A stretch of 64,000 nucleotides of DNA, from assembly GCF_009914755.1 (NCBI RefSeq), contig NC_060943.1, one strand, 5' to 3'. Positions 15,260-32,526 of this stretch are shown one piece after another. Each line of letters begins with the position of its first letter. Positions within the stretch are counted from its first letter, which is position 1. The notes beneath the pieces were generated by a model. That model did no database searches. It was not told the DNA's origin and worked only from the letters and a program-made list of their open reading frames with translations. The stretch comes from the human T2T-CHM13v2.0 reference genome, Homo sapiens. The position numbers were made by a program, and so were the translations under genes.

Positions 15260-16345
15260 TTATTTTTTAAACTTTTTATTTTAAAATAATCACAGATTTA
15301 TATGAAATTGCAAAGATAGTAGAAAGAGGTCCCATGTACCCTTCACCCAGTTTCACCCAGTGATTATACTGTCCTTAATTAAAATACAACATTGAAACCA
15401 GGGAATTATATTGACACCATGAATATGTGTAGTTGTATGTTATCACTTGTAGATTGATATAGCTACTACCACAATCAAGATAAATAAGTATTCCATCACT
15501 GCAAAGCCCTCCTTCTTGCTACATCTTGATAGTCACACCCAGTCCCCTCCCTTCCACCATTCCTGATATCTGGAAGCAACTAATCTGCTTTCCATTTCTA
15601 TAATTTGGTAATTTCAAGAATGTTATACAACTAGAACCATAAAATAGATTCACGTTTTTCACTTAGCATAATTATCTTAAGACCCATCTAAGTTGTGTAT
15701 CAATAGTCCATTCCTTTTTATTGCTGAGTAGTATTCCACGGTATGGATGTACCACAGTTTGTTTAACATTTACCTATTAAGGAACATTTTAGTTGTTTCC
15801 ACTTTTTTTCCATTATGAATAAAGCTACTATGAACATTCATGTACAGGTTTGTGTGCATTTGTTTGTGTATGTAAGTTTTCATTTCTCTGGAGAATATGT
15901 CCAGGAGTGAAGTTATGGGGTTGTAAGGTAAGGATAGGTTTAATTTTTTAAGGAACTGCCAAACTGTTTTCTGGAGTGGCTCTACTACTTTACATTCCCA
16001 ACAGAAATTTATGAGACTTCGAGTCTCTTTACATCCTTGCCAGAATTTGACATTGTTGCTATTTTTTATTTTAGCTGTTCTAATAGATGTGTAGTGATAT
16101 TTCATTGTGGTCTTGATTTATATTTCCCTAATGACTAATGATGTTGATTATCTTTGCATGTGCTTCTTTGTCATATGTATATCTTTTTCATTGAAGTGTT
16201 TGTTTAAATCTTTTAGCTTAAAAAATTGGATTGTTTTCTTATTGAGTTTTGAGAGTTCTTTATATGTTCTCTATACAAGACTTTTGCATATACATGATTT
16301 GCAAATAGTCTATCACTCCCTAGCTGGTCTTTTCATATCTGTGTA
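15260..16345 (-). mobile_element. Old L1M 3' region, antisense
   Basis: Translation 15770-16105 resembles the L1 ORF2 C-terminus ([21 protein letters not shown]). Confidence 0.8.
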
Positions 16346-17465
16346 AGAGTTATGATTTTATTTTTTGAAAATTATTTTTTTAACAGTTTTGGGGGTCCCA
16401 CAGAGATGCCAAATAGATTCATGTAACGAATCCAGGTAATGTTTGTCACCAGAAAATTACACCTCAGTGATGGTCTTAAGCCCAGTTGCATTGTTTCTTG
16501 GCTCCCAGAGGTAAATACAAAGTGACAATAGAAATTTGTTGATCCTCTGTTTTTCGCATTTTAATTTTCTTCTAATTTTGTGTTTCATTTTTGTTTTGTT
16601 TTGTGTTCACTTATAGCTGATAAATTTTCACCATCACTGGCAACAATAATTGGGAATTTTTTATGATCTTGTTTTTAAAGTGACTATCAGTGCTGCTCCC
16701 AAGGTTCTCAAGTTTTTAAGAAACTGTCCTTGTCAAAAGGCTTATAGTCTTAGACAAATTTATATGGACACATTTCTTCAGCTGCTGCAAAATATGATTC
16801 AACTAACTCATCATCAGTAAATAACTTTCCTTGCTTGACTAACAGATTAGCCACTCTAAAACTTACTTTGGTTATAGCCTCATTTTCATTCGCTGTTTTT
16901 TAAAAGTAATTCGGCTTTGATAAGATATTCCATTTTGGCCATAATTATCTGTGATTTGGAAATATTGGGAAAAGCTTCTAATCTGGCAGTATTAATGTTA
17001 TTATTTTTCTTCTTGTACAGCTATCTGTCACTGCAAAACAAACACAATAGTCAGCCGTCTGATTCTATAACAAAATAATCTACACTTTACTATACCTTAA
17101 AAGCATAACATTCAAAATTTGATTTTCTCTTCTTGTTTTGACATGATGGATATGCAAAATAAATGAAATATCAAGTAGAGTGATACATATGGCACTCAAA
17201 AATCTGTTAACTTGTAATAACTGTGTTACTGAGGTTTATGATACACTGAGTAGCAGTATGAAGTGATGAGAGCATTATATATGGTCTCTATCATAAGTAC
17301 TCAACTGTACCAATATAACATGAAAACAGCCATAGACAATATGTAAACAAATAAGCATGACTGTGTTTCAACCAAAATTTATGAATGCTGAAATTTGAAT
17401 TTTACATACTTATCATATGTCATAAAATATTCTTCTTTTGATTTTTTTGACTATTTAAAAATGTA

Positions 17466-17755
17466 GGCTGGGTGCGGTGGCTCACACCTGTAATCCCAGC
17501 ACTTTGGGAGGCCAAGGAGGGCAGAATGCTTGAGCTCAGGAGTTTGAGACCAGCCTGGGCAACATGGTAAAACCCCATCTCCACAAAAATGCAAAAATTA
17601 GCTGGACATGGTGGTGCATGCTTATAGTCCCAGCTACTCAGGAAGTTAAGGTAAGAGGATTCTTTGATCCCAGGAGGCTGATGCTGCAGTGAGCCAAGAT
17701 AATGCCACTGCACTCCAGCCTGGGCGATGGAGTGAGACCCTGTCTCAATAAAAAA
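17466..17755 (+). mobile_element. Alu (AluJ-type)
   Basis: Alu dimer. Confidence 0.9.
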
Positions 17756-17869
17756 TGTAAAAGCCATTATTACTTCATGGGGCATACAAAAACAGTCAAT
17801 ACACCATATTTAGCCATTAGGCCAGAATTTCCCAGCAACTGGCTTACTCTGTCTTACCCAGAACCAGAA

Positions 17870-19440
17870 TTCCAAATTGATCTATAAAGTCAACACAATA
17901 TCAATCAAATTTACAGCAGGCTTTTTGCAGAAACTAATATTAAGATTTACGTTGAAATGCAAAAAACAACTAACTAAAAAAACTAGAATAGTCAAAATTG
18001 TTTTGAAAAGGAAGAACATCATTAGAGGAATAACAGTATCAGATTTTAAAACTTACTCTAAAGCTCCAGTAGTCAAGACATAGTAATGGCTTAACAATAT
18101 TTATATAAATCAATGGAACAGGGTGATTCCAGAAAATAGAGCCAAGTATATATGATCAGTTTATTTTCAGTGCAGCCACAAAGATAATTCAATGGGGGAA
18201 AGTTGTTTAAAAAAATAGCACTAGAACAACTAGACATCTATTTGAAAATTATGAACCTCAACACTTACCTCACATCATACACAAAAAGAACTCAAAATAG
18301 GTAACAGACCTAAATGAAAACCTAAAACTACAAATGTTATACAAGAAAACATAGGAGAAAATTTTCAAAACCTTGGGATAGGCAAAAAAAAGATTTCATA
18401 GGTAGGCCAAAAAGAGCACAAAATCTAATTTAAAAAGATAAACCAGAACTTCATCAAATTAACTTACTCTCTTAAAGACATTATTAACAAAATGAAGAGG
18501 CAAGCCAAGACTAGGAAAAAATATTCATAATGTATCTATCTGAGAAAGGATTGGTATCTAGGCTATATTAAGAAATCTTACAACTCATCATTTTTTATGG
18601 CTGCATAGTATTCCATGGTGTATATGTGCCACATTTTCTTAATCCAGTTTATCATTGTTGGACATTTGGGTTGGTTCCAAGTCTTTGCTATTGTGAATAG
18701 TGCTGCAATAAACATACGTGTGCATGTGTCTTTATAGCAGCATGATTTATAATCCATTGGGTATATACCCAGTAGCCATAAAAAATGATGAGTTCATGTC
18801 CTTTGTAGGGACATGGATGAAGCTGGAAACCATCATTCTCAGCAAACCATCGCAAGGACAAAAAACCAAACACCGCATATTCTCACTCATAGGTGGGAAT
18901 TGAACAATGAGAACACATGGACACAGGAAGGGGAACATCACACACCGGGGCCTGTTGTGGGGCGGGGGGAGGGGGGAGGGGGGAGGGATAGCATTAGGAG
19001 ATATACCTAATGTTAAATGATGAGTTACTGGGTGCAGCACACCAACATGGCACATGTATACATATGTAACCAACCTGCACGTTGTGCACATGTACCCTAA
19101 AACTTAAAGTATAATTAAAAAAAAGAGAAATCTTACAACTCAACAGTAAGGAACCAAACCAACAAAAAACAAGCAAAACTTTCAAAAGTTCTTTTCCAAA
19201 GAAGATATAAAATGACCAATCAGCACATGATAAAATGACTGATAACCACCTCATTACTTATCAGGGAAATGCTAATTAAACCACAATGAGATAACACTAC
19301 AAATAATCCCAATAACTAAAAATCCCAAGTGTTGGTTAGCATGTAGAACAAGTGATCTTGCATTCACTGCTAATGGAAGTATAAAGTGGTATAGTCATTT
19401 TTAGAAATGGTAAAGTTAAACATACACTTAGCATATTCAC
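17870..19440 (+). mobile_element. Old L1M ORF2 fragment, interrupted by a younger L1
   Basis: IYKVNTISIK...GITVSDFKTYSKA resembles L1 ORF2. Confidence 0.75.
18588..19125 (+). mobile_element. Young L1PA 3' fragment with 5' inversion
   Basis: 17-bp TSD AGAAATCTTACAACTCA (18571-18587 and 19126-19142); antisense part to ~18773, then sense 3' end with A tail. Confidence 0.9.
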
Positions 19441-19511
19441 TGTTACTTGCCTTGTACCAAAAGTATAATTCTTAAAGCTGTGAGATAGTGGTTTGAGAAT
19501 AAACAAAAATG

Positions 19512-19808
<297 letters not shown>

Positions 19809-20883
19809 TCAGAGATTTCAGTAATAAACATAAAAGATAGGAGACTCCAGGAATGGATATACCTAGTGTAGTATAAATGTGACCTTTAAGATCAGTAAAT
19901 AAAAAAGGGACTCATCAACAAATGTTGAAAGCCTTGACTATCCAATTGGAAAAAATTAAAATTAGATTTGTGCCTGACACCATTTAAAACATAGTCTTCA
20001 TGTTTTGAAAATAATTAGTGCCTGGGAGTATGGGAAAGTTTTCTTTTAAAAAATCATTATACAAAAATTTCATAAACACATTGAAATTTTAACCACATAA
20101 ATTTTTTTAGCTAAGTTGCCCAGTCTAGAGTGCAGTGGCTATTCACAGTCACGATTGTAGCACCCAATAGCCTCAAACTCCTGCCCTCAAGTGATCCTTC
20201 TGCCTCCCCAGTAACTGGGACTACAGGTATGTGACAGGTATGTGCCACCACACACAGCCCAACCACATAAAGATTTTAAGTGAACAATAAAGTACCTCAT
20301 TCTTTATGTTAATAGACAAGGACAGGCAATTCTTCATAAAGATAACATACACTTAGCCTATGACAGCAATTCCACTCCTAGGTATTTACCCAAGAGAAAT
20401 CAAAGCATATGTCTGCAAAAAGGCTAATAAAAGAATATTCTTAGTAGCTTTATCCAAAATTTCCAAAACCTGGAAACAAATGTTCACCAACATAAGAATG
20501 AGCAAACTGTGGTAATTTCCTGATTACTCTGAACATAAAAAGAAGACTGATAAGCATAATAATATAAATGAACTTAAAAACATTATGTTAAATGGTGGCA
20601 GCTTCTATAGAAAACAGAATGGCAGATCCTGAAAAAATTGAAAATACAATTACCATATGATCCAGCAATTCCACTTCTGGGTATGTGTCCAAAAGAATTG
20701 AAAGCAAGGTCTTGAAGAGATATTTGTACTCCTATGTTCATAACAGCATTATTCACAATAGCCAAAAAGTGGAAGAAACCCAAGTGTACAAAGGAAGAAA
20801 ATTCTGACACATTCGACAACACAAATAAACCTTAAGGACATTATGGTAAGTTAAATAAGCCAGTCACAAAAAGACAAATACTG

Positions 20884-21232
<349 letters not shown>

Positions 21233-23014
21233 TTACGTGACTCAGAGAAGTCAAATGCATAGAGACACAAAGTATAGTGGCTGCCAGTGGCTGGGAGGAG
21301 GGGAAAATTGAGGGTTGCTGTTGAATGGGATAGAGTTGAATGGGATAGAGTTTTAGTTTTGCAAGATAAAATGAGCTTTGGAGATTGGTTTTACAACAAT
21401 GTAAATGTACTTAACACTACTGAGCTATATACTTAAAAATGGTTAAGATGGTAAATTTCATGTTATGTATATTTCACCAGAAAAAAATTGTAAAAAGCCG
21501 AAAGCATTCCAGGTAGCTCTAGTTTGCATCTAAGATTAAGAGACATTTATTTCCATCAAAACCAAGGATCTGAAAGGAACCAATTTACAAGCTCACAAGT
21601 TAGCCTGACAGTCTCACAGATGCTGGCACAAGACAAGAGACTCCTGGCTCTGAGACAAAGGACTTTATTAGTCACAACCACAGCAGTAGCCAGAGTGTCA
21701 TCCTTTGCAATGGTTTTTACCACTCTAATCCCATAGAGTGACGTGAAAGGCCAGGTGCCGCTTGCATACCTAGCGGGCTGCGTTGTAGGAATAGAACTCT
21801 AAGCTTAGGAAACCTGAATCTTCTATGATAGGCAGTGGGAACAAAACCACTGCCCTTCACCCCAGAGGGAGACACTGTCTTCACTGGAGTGGTCCATAAA
21901 CAAATTTGCTGCTCCAGAGGAAGACACTATATTTTTGTTCCCTAACGCGTACGCACCTTTGAAAAGACAGTGGGGAACAAAGGTGACCAGTGTCTCTACT
22001 GAAAGACATGCAGAAAAAGAGAAGTAGATACTTAAGTAACCATAGTGTCTGCAGAAAAATAAAAGAAAAAAAATAAGAGAAGCAGATACAGAGAATGAGT
22101 GGGGAATGAGGAATAATAACTAATGTTACATTCTACTTCAAAGCCAGTTGACTACAGAAGAAAAAGGCCAATTCTGGGGTTACATCTCCTTTGTGAGTGG
22201 TATGCTAATAAATGTTTAATAAATGGCTCTCCAGAAAGAAACATACGTACATTATATAAGTTTACTATAAATTTTACTAATATAGAATGTTTTCAGAACA
22301 CAATTTATAAACAATAATAAAATATGCAATACTCTATTTATTATAAATTACAAATTTAGAAAACCATGTTGAATGAAAAAAAAGCCAAACGCAAGAGTAT
22401 ATTACAGTATGATTTCATTTATATAAAGTTCAAGAATAGGCAAAACCAACATATGGTGATAGAAAGCAAAACAGTGATTATATCCTTTTTTGGAAAGAAA
22501 TGAAGGGAAAGGGGCACAAGGGAAATTTTGGGGTAAAGAAAATGTTTAACATGTTGAATGGGCATTATTTACAAGGATATGTACATTTGTTAAAACTTAA
22601 ATGTAGTTAAAGTCTGCACTTTATGTAAATTATACCTGAAAAAAAAGACAAGACAGATCAGACATCTTCGGTAGCTGTTATTATGCTTCTATGGGCAGTC
22701 TAGTGGAGGCATAGCCACTGGGCCCAGTCTGCCAGCTGCATGCTATTTGTATTTATTGCCTGTAGTTGTATGAAGAGCTAGTGTTAAGTAGTGTTAAGTA
22801 GTAGTTATCAGTATAACTGATAACCCAGCATCAGTTATTAAAATGACTATTATTTCTCCAACATATTTCAAGGCTAATAAACTAACTCACTGTATACATG
22901 TGGATCTGTTTTTGGGCTCCCAATTCTTTTCCATTGATCTATTTTTTCTCTCCTGAGCGAATACCACACTGTATTAATTATAGAAAATTTATAATAAATG
23001 TTGATCTCTGGTAA

Positions 23015-23349
<335 letters not shown>

Positions 23350-24049
23350 GACTAAGTTTTATAGGGAAAACATGTAAGCTAAGGGTCTGGAAGAGAAGGC
23401 ACAGGACCACAATTTCTCATACCACTTGAAGAAGCACCAGGGCCTGGGTGAAGCAGGAAATAGACCACACCTCACCGCTATGTTTTTATCCTTCTTAAAG
23501 AGCAATTGTGAAGGCATCCATGTTGGTGAGGGAACAAATTGACTATGCAGGTAATCTGGACTACTTAACTAAAGCAGACAATCTGGCTTTAGTTGTCAGA
23601 GCTTCACAGAAGTTGCATGAGAAAGCCAGGTTCTAACACCTCCCATCAGGAAGAGAAAGCCGCTGGGAAGTTGAGTTCATGTAAAGCCCTTCCCACTGAA
23701 GAATGTGGGAGTCTGAGGCCCCAGATAGCTCCTCACCTAGGCATCCCAAAGGGAACTCCCAGAATTACCTTTGGACAATTCTGGTCATTGCACACAATTG
23801 TTATTGTGAATGAAACATTTTGGCTACATTTTATAAAAGACTCTTACATAGTAATGCTATGAATTTTCACATGCCAATTTCGTGTGAAACCAATTTGTTG
23901 ACCCGATAATTTTAAAACAGCCTTCAATTGGTCAAATTTTACAGGTGGATTTGAATTTTATAAGTAAATAACATTATTCTCTAGCATAAAAATAGTATCT
24001 TCCTTTTCCTTCCAATGATTATGTCTCAACATTTTTTATTTTGTCTTAA

Positions 24050-24460
24050 TCTCACCCCATGAATCTGGGCCAGTGTTGTGACTTGCTTTAATCATTAAAA
24101 TGTGGTGAAAGTATCATTGAGCCTGTTCCCTGATGAGGCCTTAAGAGATCACAGCTTTTGCCCTTGAAACCCTGGCACTATGGGACCAACCCTCGATTGG
24201 TCTTCTGGAGGGTGAGAGACCATGATGACAGAGAGAACTTCGTTGTCTCATCTATGACCATCATAAAACAGCCAGGCCCAGATGAACCATCAGCTGACTG
24301 CAGATGCATGTACAAAGCCCAGTTAAGATAATCTAGCATGTCCCACACCAGAACTGCCCAGCTAAGCCCAGTTGAACTTGCCAGCTCACACATCATGAGC
24401 TAAATAAATATGTATTTAGAGCTACTCAGTTCTTGTGTGTGTTATGAGGCAGAAGCTGAT
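24050..24460. mobile_element. MaLR (MLT1-like) LTR relic
   Basis: cagctgactgcagatgcatg...gaactgcccagctaagccca...taaataaa motifs. Confidence 0.55.
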
Positions 24461-25424
24461 AAGCATATTTAGGATAAATTATACATGAGCGAGTCTGTTA
24501 CGCTTTTATCAAATCATTGGATTTGACATGCTCATATTTATTTAGGATCTCTGCATCTTCATTTGTAAATGAGATTGGCTCCCACTGATTGGGAGCTAGA
24601 CTAATTTCTGCTTTTTCCATGCTACTTTGCTACAAGAGGAAAAGCAAACAATTTTGTGAAGTAGGGAGACATTCCTGTTAGCATCATATATTTAAAAAGC
24701 TTAATGTGATATGCAAGCGCTGCTCCCGGCCAAACTAGAGGATTGCCTGGGACACCTCCACCAACACTGAGGGCTGATTCTGTCATGAAGGAATGTTGCA
24801 CCCATTCTAAACCCCAAAAGCTTCCTAGGATAATGTGTATCCCGGATTTTTTCTCTAACTTAATGTTTGCAAGTAGGAGTACTGGAGTATGTGGTGGACA
24901 TGGACAATAACATGTGGACATTTTTATAGGTCTAGATCATTGTTGATGGAGCCATGTTATTCCATTATATGGGATGCCCTAATTTACTCAATCTCTTATA
25001 CATGAACCTTCAGGTTGTTTACAGTCTTCTCATTGCAAAATTCTTAGAACATATTTCTTTCTGAAACCATATTTTCCCCACTCATGTAATTACATCCTAA
25101 AAATACATTCTGAGAAGCAGGATCATTGGCTCAAAGACAATGCACATTGTACATATGATACATATAGACAAGATCCTCTCCAGCAACTTTGTACCTGTTT
25201 TTCTTTCCCCCACCAACTTATGTAAGAACACTCATTTCCTCATTTCTACTGACATAGAATTTTTAAAATATTTCACTATTATCCACCTGATCAGTAAGAA
25301 AATGACACTTCAGGGATGGTTTTATTTGCACTTGAATGGCTGTTCTGTTTACAAACTATAACTAGCAGGAAACTGTAATGCAAGAAAAACTAGGAATAAA
25401 CCATGATCCAAATGAAGAAACCTA

Positions 25425-25799
<375 letters not shown>

Positions 25800-26440
25800 G
25801 CAAAGAGATCTCCTCTCGAATTCATCTATTATCCCCAATTAAATGACAAATTTGGGGGGAAACTGACAGAAAGAGCATCCTTTAAAAACCCATTATTATA
25901 CAGGTCTGCTGAGAAGAAGACTGCATCAGTCTGCAATGAACACTGTTGGTTTTTTACATGTTGTTGGTCACTTTAGTAAATGTTGATTTTATTCAATTAA
26001 TTTTATTAAGACTAACCACAGAACACCTATTCTAGTTAATTTTTAATCGCATTTAAGGTGTGAGCTGACAAACCTATTCAGCATCCCACATTATAGAGTT
26101 TCTCTATTATATGAGATTTCTTACGTCGGTGGGTTATACTTTTCAGTAAAGTTTTACCACAGCTATATCATCTGGAACATTTCTCTTTGGTGTACTCACC
26201 AATGAATGAAGGTTATCACTGAAGAAGTCCCATCCATACCATTTTAGATGGTTGCACTGCCACATCAAGCCTTAAAGATTTAAAAGTTTTGAACTCTGAA
26301 TTATGTTACTTCTGTATGTGGACTCCAATGACAATGAAACATATTGCTATAAAATCCCTCCATGCTAGTCAGGATAGCCTAGGCAATGCTGCAGTAATAA
26401 ATAAACCACCAAAAATCTCAGTGGTGAGACACAATGAACT

Positions 26441-26446
26441 TTTATT
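26441..26446 (-). terminator. Candidate ZNF285 polyadenylation signal
   Basis: AATAAA on the minus strand ~800 nt after the stop codon. Confidence 0.4.
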
Positions 26447-27247
26447 TCTTACTCTAAAAAGAAATCCAACACAGATGAAGTAGTGACCTTCTATCAACCC
26501 AGTCTGGAATAAGCAGCCTCCAAGGTCACCTTGGCAGGGATAGAGAAGCCTGAGGATGTTTGTAAAGGCTAGACCTGAAAGTGGCTTATATCACTTTTGC
26601 TCACACTCCATTGGCTAGAACTCAATCACATGGGCACACTCTTAACTGCAAGGGTTACTGGGAAATAGACTTCTTATTTGCAAGGAAATGGAACCAGTGT
26701 GATAAACACAGCACTGCCTCTGCCACACCCTTCAAATGCCACTTCTATGGAGCTTCTTGCCTGTGTAGAGAATCTCATGGAAAACCTGGGTACTAACGTT
26801 CTTTCATAGTAAGAGCATGGGTTTCATTTTTGAGCACACTTTTGAATGTTCTTCATACAGAGAGTATTTTTCTACTGGGGACTAAAAAAAAATCTAAAGA
26901 CGTTGGCTGAACTGAAGACCTTACCATGATCATCCCAATTAGAATTTCCTTCCTGGACACACCCTTTAATGGAAATTTGACCACTAACTACAACCACTAC
27001 CACAAACCACCCATTTGTCAAAAGTAACCTCTTTGCCATTGTAGCATACAGCAGTTGATGGGAGCTTCACAGAAGTTCTTGAAATCCACAGTCCTTGCCT
27101 GGCACACTTCAGTGCTGCAGGCTGACATTATCGATGGCAGTGTCCCTGTCTTTTGCTCCCCTAGCCCTCCCACAGGCTGAGTAAGCCTCTATCATCTGGA
27201 ATACAGTGTGGCTTCTGTTTTACTAATTGAACCCTGACTTACTACAT

Positions 27248-28878
27248 TTATAATGTTTCTCTCTGCTCATGTAGTCTTTGATGAGTCAGAAGGTCCTTTC
27301 CACGCTCACAATGTGTGTACTGTGTCTCATCTATATGCACTCTCTGATGGGCAAGGAGGTATGAATTACGACTGAAGCCCTTACCACATGCCTTACACTT
27401 ATAGGGCCTCTCTCTTGTGTGGACTCTGAGGTGAACATTAAGATCTGAATTCCGGCTGAAGCCTTTACCACACTCATCACATTTATATGGTTTCTCTCTG
27501 ATGTGATCTCTTTGATGTAAGTGAAAATATGAACTGTAACTGAAGCACTTTCCACACACTTCACATTTATATGGTTTTTCTCCAGTGTGAACTCTCTGAT
27601 GAGTGTGAAGAACAGAGCTATACGCAAAATCCTTTCCACACACATTGCATTTGTATGGTTTCTCCCCTGTGTGGACTCTCTGGTGAATGTGAAGGTGTGT
27701 ACATTGGCTGAAGCCCTTTCCACACTCACCACACCTATATGGTTTCTCCCCTGTGTGAAACCTCCAGTGGACTTGAAGAACGGAGCTTGAACTAAAGCAC
27801 TTGCCACACTCACTGCATTTGTAGGGCTTCTCTCCAGTGTGGACTCTCTGATGGACAAGAAGGTTGGAGCTCTGATCAAAGCCCTTCCCACACTCTTCAC
27901 ATTTATAGGGCTTTTTCCCTGTGTGTACTCCCTGATGAATACAAAGAAGTGACCTAAATCCAAACCCTTTCCCACATTCATCGCATTTGTAGGGCATCTC
28001 CCCTGTGTGGACTCGATGATGGTTGTGAAGGGAAGAGCTGCGCCTGAAGCCCTTGCCACATTCTTTACATTTGTAGGGTTTGTCTCCTGAGGAGACTTTC
28101 TGATATCTGGGAAGGTCTGAGCTCTGTTTGCAGCCCATAGGCCATTCGTGGAATTCATAGGGAGTCTTGCCAGAGTGAGTTTTACAATGAACGATAAGAT
28201 CTTGGCTCTGACTAAAGTTCTTTCCATACTGGTCACATTTATAAGATTTTTCTCCTAGGTGAGTGCTGTGATGGACATGAGGATCTGTATCATCTGCAAA
28301 GGCCACCCCACAGTTATTACATGGGAAAGGCTGTGGTAATACATGGGCCGCATTACGTTTTTCAACCGTTGATTTCATACCCAAGTTTTTCCCACAGCTG
28401 GGATGTCTACCAGGGTCCTCTCCTTTACATTCTTGGGACTCATGATGATCACATGAGGTCCAACTGAGGCTGTCATCATGCTGAGCACGTCTGTACAATT
28501 TCTCTTCCATGTAAATTCCCTTATATCTTCCCTGAGAGTTCTGGGGCTCGGTCATTATGTTGGCTTTCCTCCACGATTCTGGGGTAAGAACCTGTGTCAG
28601 GCTTTGCCATGCTGTGATATCTTGATTTTTGATAATGGCATTTACTACATAGTTTTCATTTTCAGAAATCTGAAGAGAAATGCCTGCCCACTCTTCACTG
28701 AGGGAAACATCTTCTAAATGTGGGGAACACTCTTCTTGAAGGTTCACGATATAATCCTGACTCACAGTTAAATCCCGGATCCTTTGTTTCCAAATCTGCC
28801 AGCAATGAAGCACTTCTTGCGAAAGGTAACTTAACCCCTTTGCCTGAAGATTCAAAATGTTGTTTTTAATCCCGTCTC
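27248..28878 (-). CDS. ZNF285: ZNF285 exon 4: spacer plus C2H2 zinc-finger array (9 intact tandem fingers plus atypical/degenerate ones)
   Basis: Pyrimidine tract and AG acceptor at 28880-28879; TGEKPY linkers; stop at 27250-27248; coding exons 15+127+1631 nt = 590 aa. Confidence 0.93.
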
Positions 28879-29073
28879 CTAGGAGAAGAAAGAGAATTTG
28901 GCTAAGAGAACAAGTCAATCATCCATCCAGAGGTTTTGAGAAAATGTAATATGATGGGGTGGGAAGTTGTCCCTGGGTTCTATTGACGTATGAAACAATT
29001 AGAGCCACGGTAATTCTAACCTGTGAGCTGCCAATTAGAAATCAAGTGTTGTAGGGAAATTAAAAGAAATCTT

Positions 29074-29443
<370 letters not shown>

Positions 29444-30404
29444 TTAATAATCTTGCTACAAAAGGTATGGGAAAGGCTCCCATTTTATGTAGTGTGTGTG
29501 TATATAAATAATACATATTGATGGAGTGTTTTTTATATGTTGGGCAGAGTAAGGGACACAAAGGGTCACAAGAGGTTTCAGAAACAAGCAACAAGTCCTA
29601 TCTCCTGATGGCTTCCCTTCCTTCACATCACTGTCATATGGAGGACTATCACGTATGTTTGTGTACAACCTGCACAACTGTACATGATGAGCCTTAAGGG
29701 GATGGGGATAAAAAGGCAATGGGGATTGAAATGGGGTAAACATTGTGAAATATGATCCTGGCGTTGTGCGGGGATGCGTATGTAAACCTCTGAGACAAGC
29801 TTTAAGAGACATCCTTTTTATTTTCCCCAAGGTTCTTTGTCTTCATGAAAAGATAGAGACCACTCAGATCCTACAATCCATTTCCTTAAGTTCTGCCCTT
29901 TTAAGTTGTTGCAGAATCTCAGACAGCCATGACTATGAAAATGGGGAACAGATACTGTGGCACTGTCAATGGCCTGGCACCCAGGGAAGCAAGACTGTGG
30001 TATATAACAAACAGGGGGCTGAGGCAGAAGAGGATGATCATATTCTTGGGATCCTAAGATGGGTTCCAAAATGGCATGAATATCATGGTCAAGTCCCACT
30101 GGATACTGCTTCTGGTTCAAGGTCCTTTCTGCATTGTTTTATTGAAAGTGACTTTAGTTTATAAGATAGTATCAGGGAAAGGGAGACCATGAGCTGCCCC
30201 GAATGGGCTTTAAGCAGTGGTTTCCCAATTGTTTTGATTGTAACCCACAGTAAAATCAGCATTATGACTCAGTAGGAATAGGCACGAACATCAACAGAGA
30301 CTGCTCACTAAAACAGAAGTTTTATCAGCTGATACTTACATACGATGTGCAATACACTTCGATAAATTCTTCTGTTTTCTGTTCTATTAATCTATTTTTT
30401 TTCT

Positions 30405-30528
30405 TTCTTTCTTTATTATTATTATACTTTAAGATTTAGGGTACACGTGCACAATGTGCAGGTTAGTTACATATGTAAATATGTGCCATGCTGGTGTGCT
30501 GCACCCACTAACACGTCATCTGGCATTG
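30405..30528 (-). mobile_element. Short L1PA 3' end, antisense
   Basis: ttattatactttaag...gtgctgcaccca motif. Confidence 0.8.
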
Positions 30529-30782
30529 CTAGTTATGACACAGTAATTTGATTTCAGGACTCACCAAGAGGGTTTTATCCTGCAGTTTGAGAAACAACTG
30601 CAGGGATATGCAGATTTATGCAAAAGGTCCTGTGTCTACAGTTTACACTTTGGTTTCAAGAGGTTATTTATTAAAAACACAGTACCTAGGGCCAAATTAG
30701 GATGGCTCAAATCCGAGTTCTTCTTATAAGCTGTGTGATCGTGGGCAAGTTATTAATTCTGTGACTCAGTTGTTTCATCCAT

Positions 30783-32126
<1,344 letters not shown>

Positions 32127-32158
32127 TCCATAAAAGGGGGATAATAACAGTAACTATC

Positions 32159-32526
32159 TGTATTAGTCCATTCTCACGTTGCTAATGAAGACATACCCAA
32201 GACTGGGTAATTTATAAAGGAAAGAGGTTTAATTGACTCATAGTTCCATGTGGCTGGGGAGGCCTCACAATCATGGCAGAAGGTGAAGGAAGAGCAAAGG
32301 GACATCCTACATGGTGGCAGGCAAGGAGAAAGCCTGTGCAGGAGAACACCCATTTATAAAACCATCAGATCTCATGAGATTTATTCACTCTCATGAGAAC
32401 AGCATGAGAAAGACCCCTGCCCCATGATTCAGTTACCTCCTACCAGGCCCCTCCCACAACATATGGGAATTATAGGAGCTACAATTCAAGACGAGACTTG
32501 GGTAGGAACATAGCCAAACCAAATCT
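32159..32526 (-). mobile_element. THE1 solo LTR, opposite orientation
   Basis: TGTATTAGTCCATTCTCAC start, ...gccaaaccaaatct end, ~370 bp. Confidence 0.85.

Noticed and set aside
28879-28918. N-terminal MTCSLSQILFLLL of the 556-aa ORF in the track
   Set aside because: Intronic pyrimidine tract; the exon starts at 28878 and is spliced to KRAB-A.
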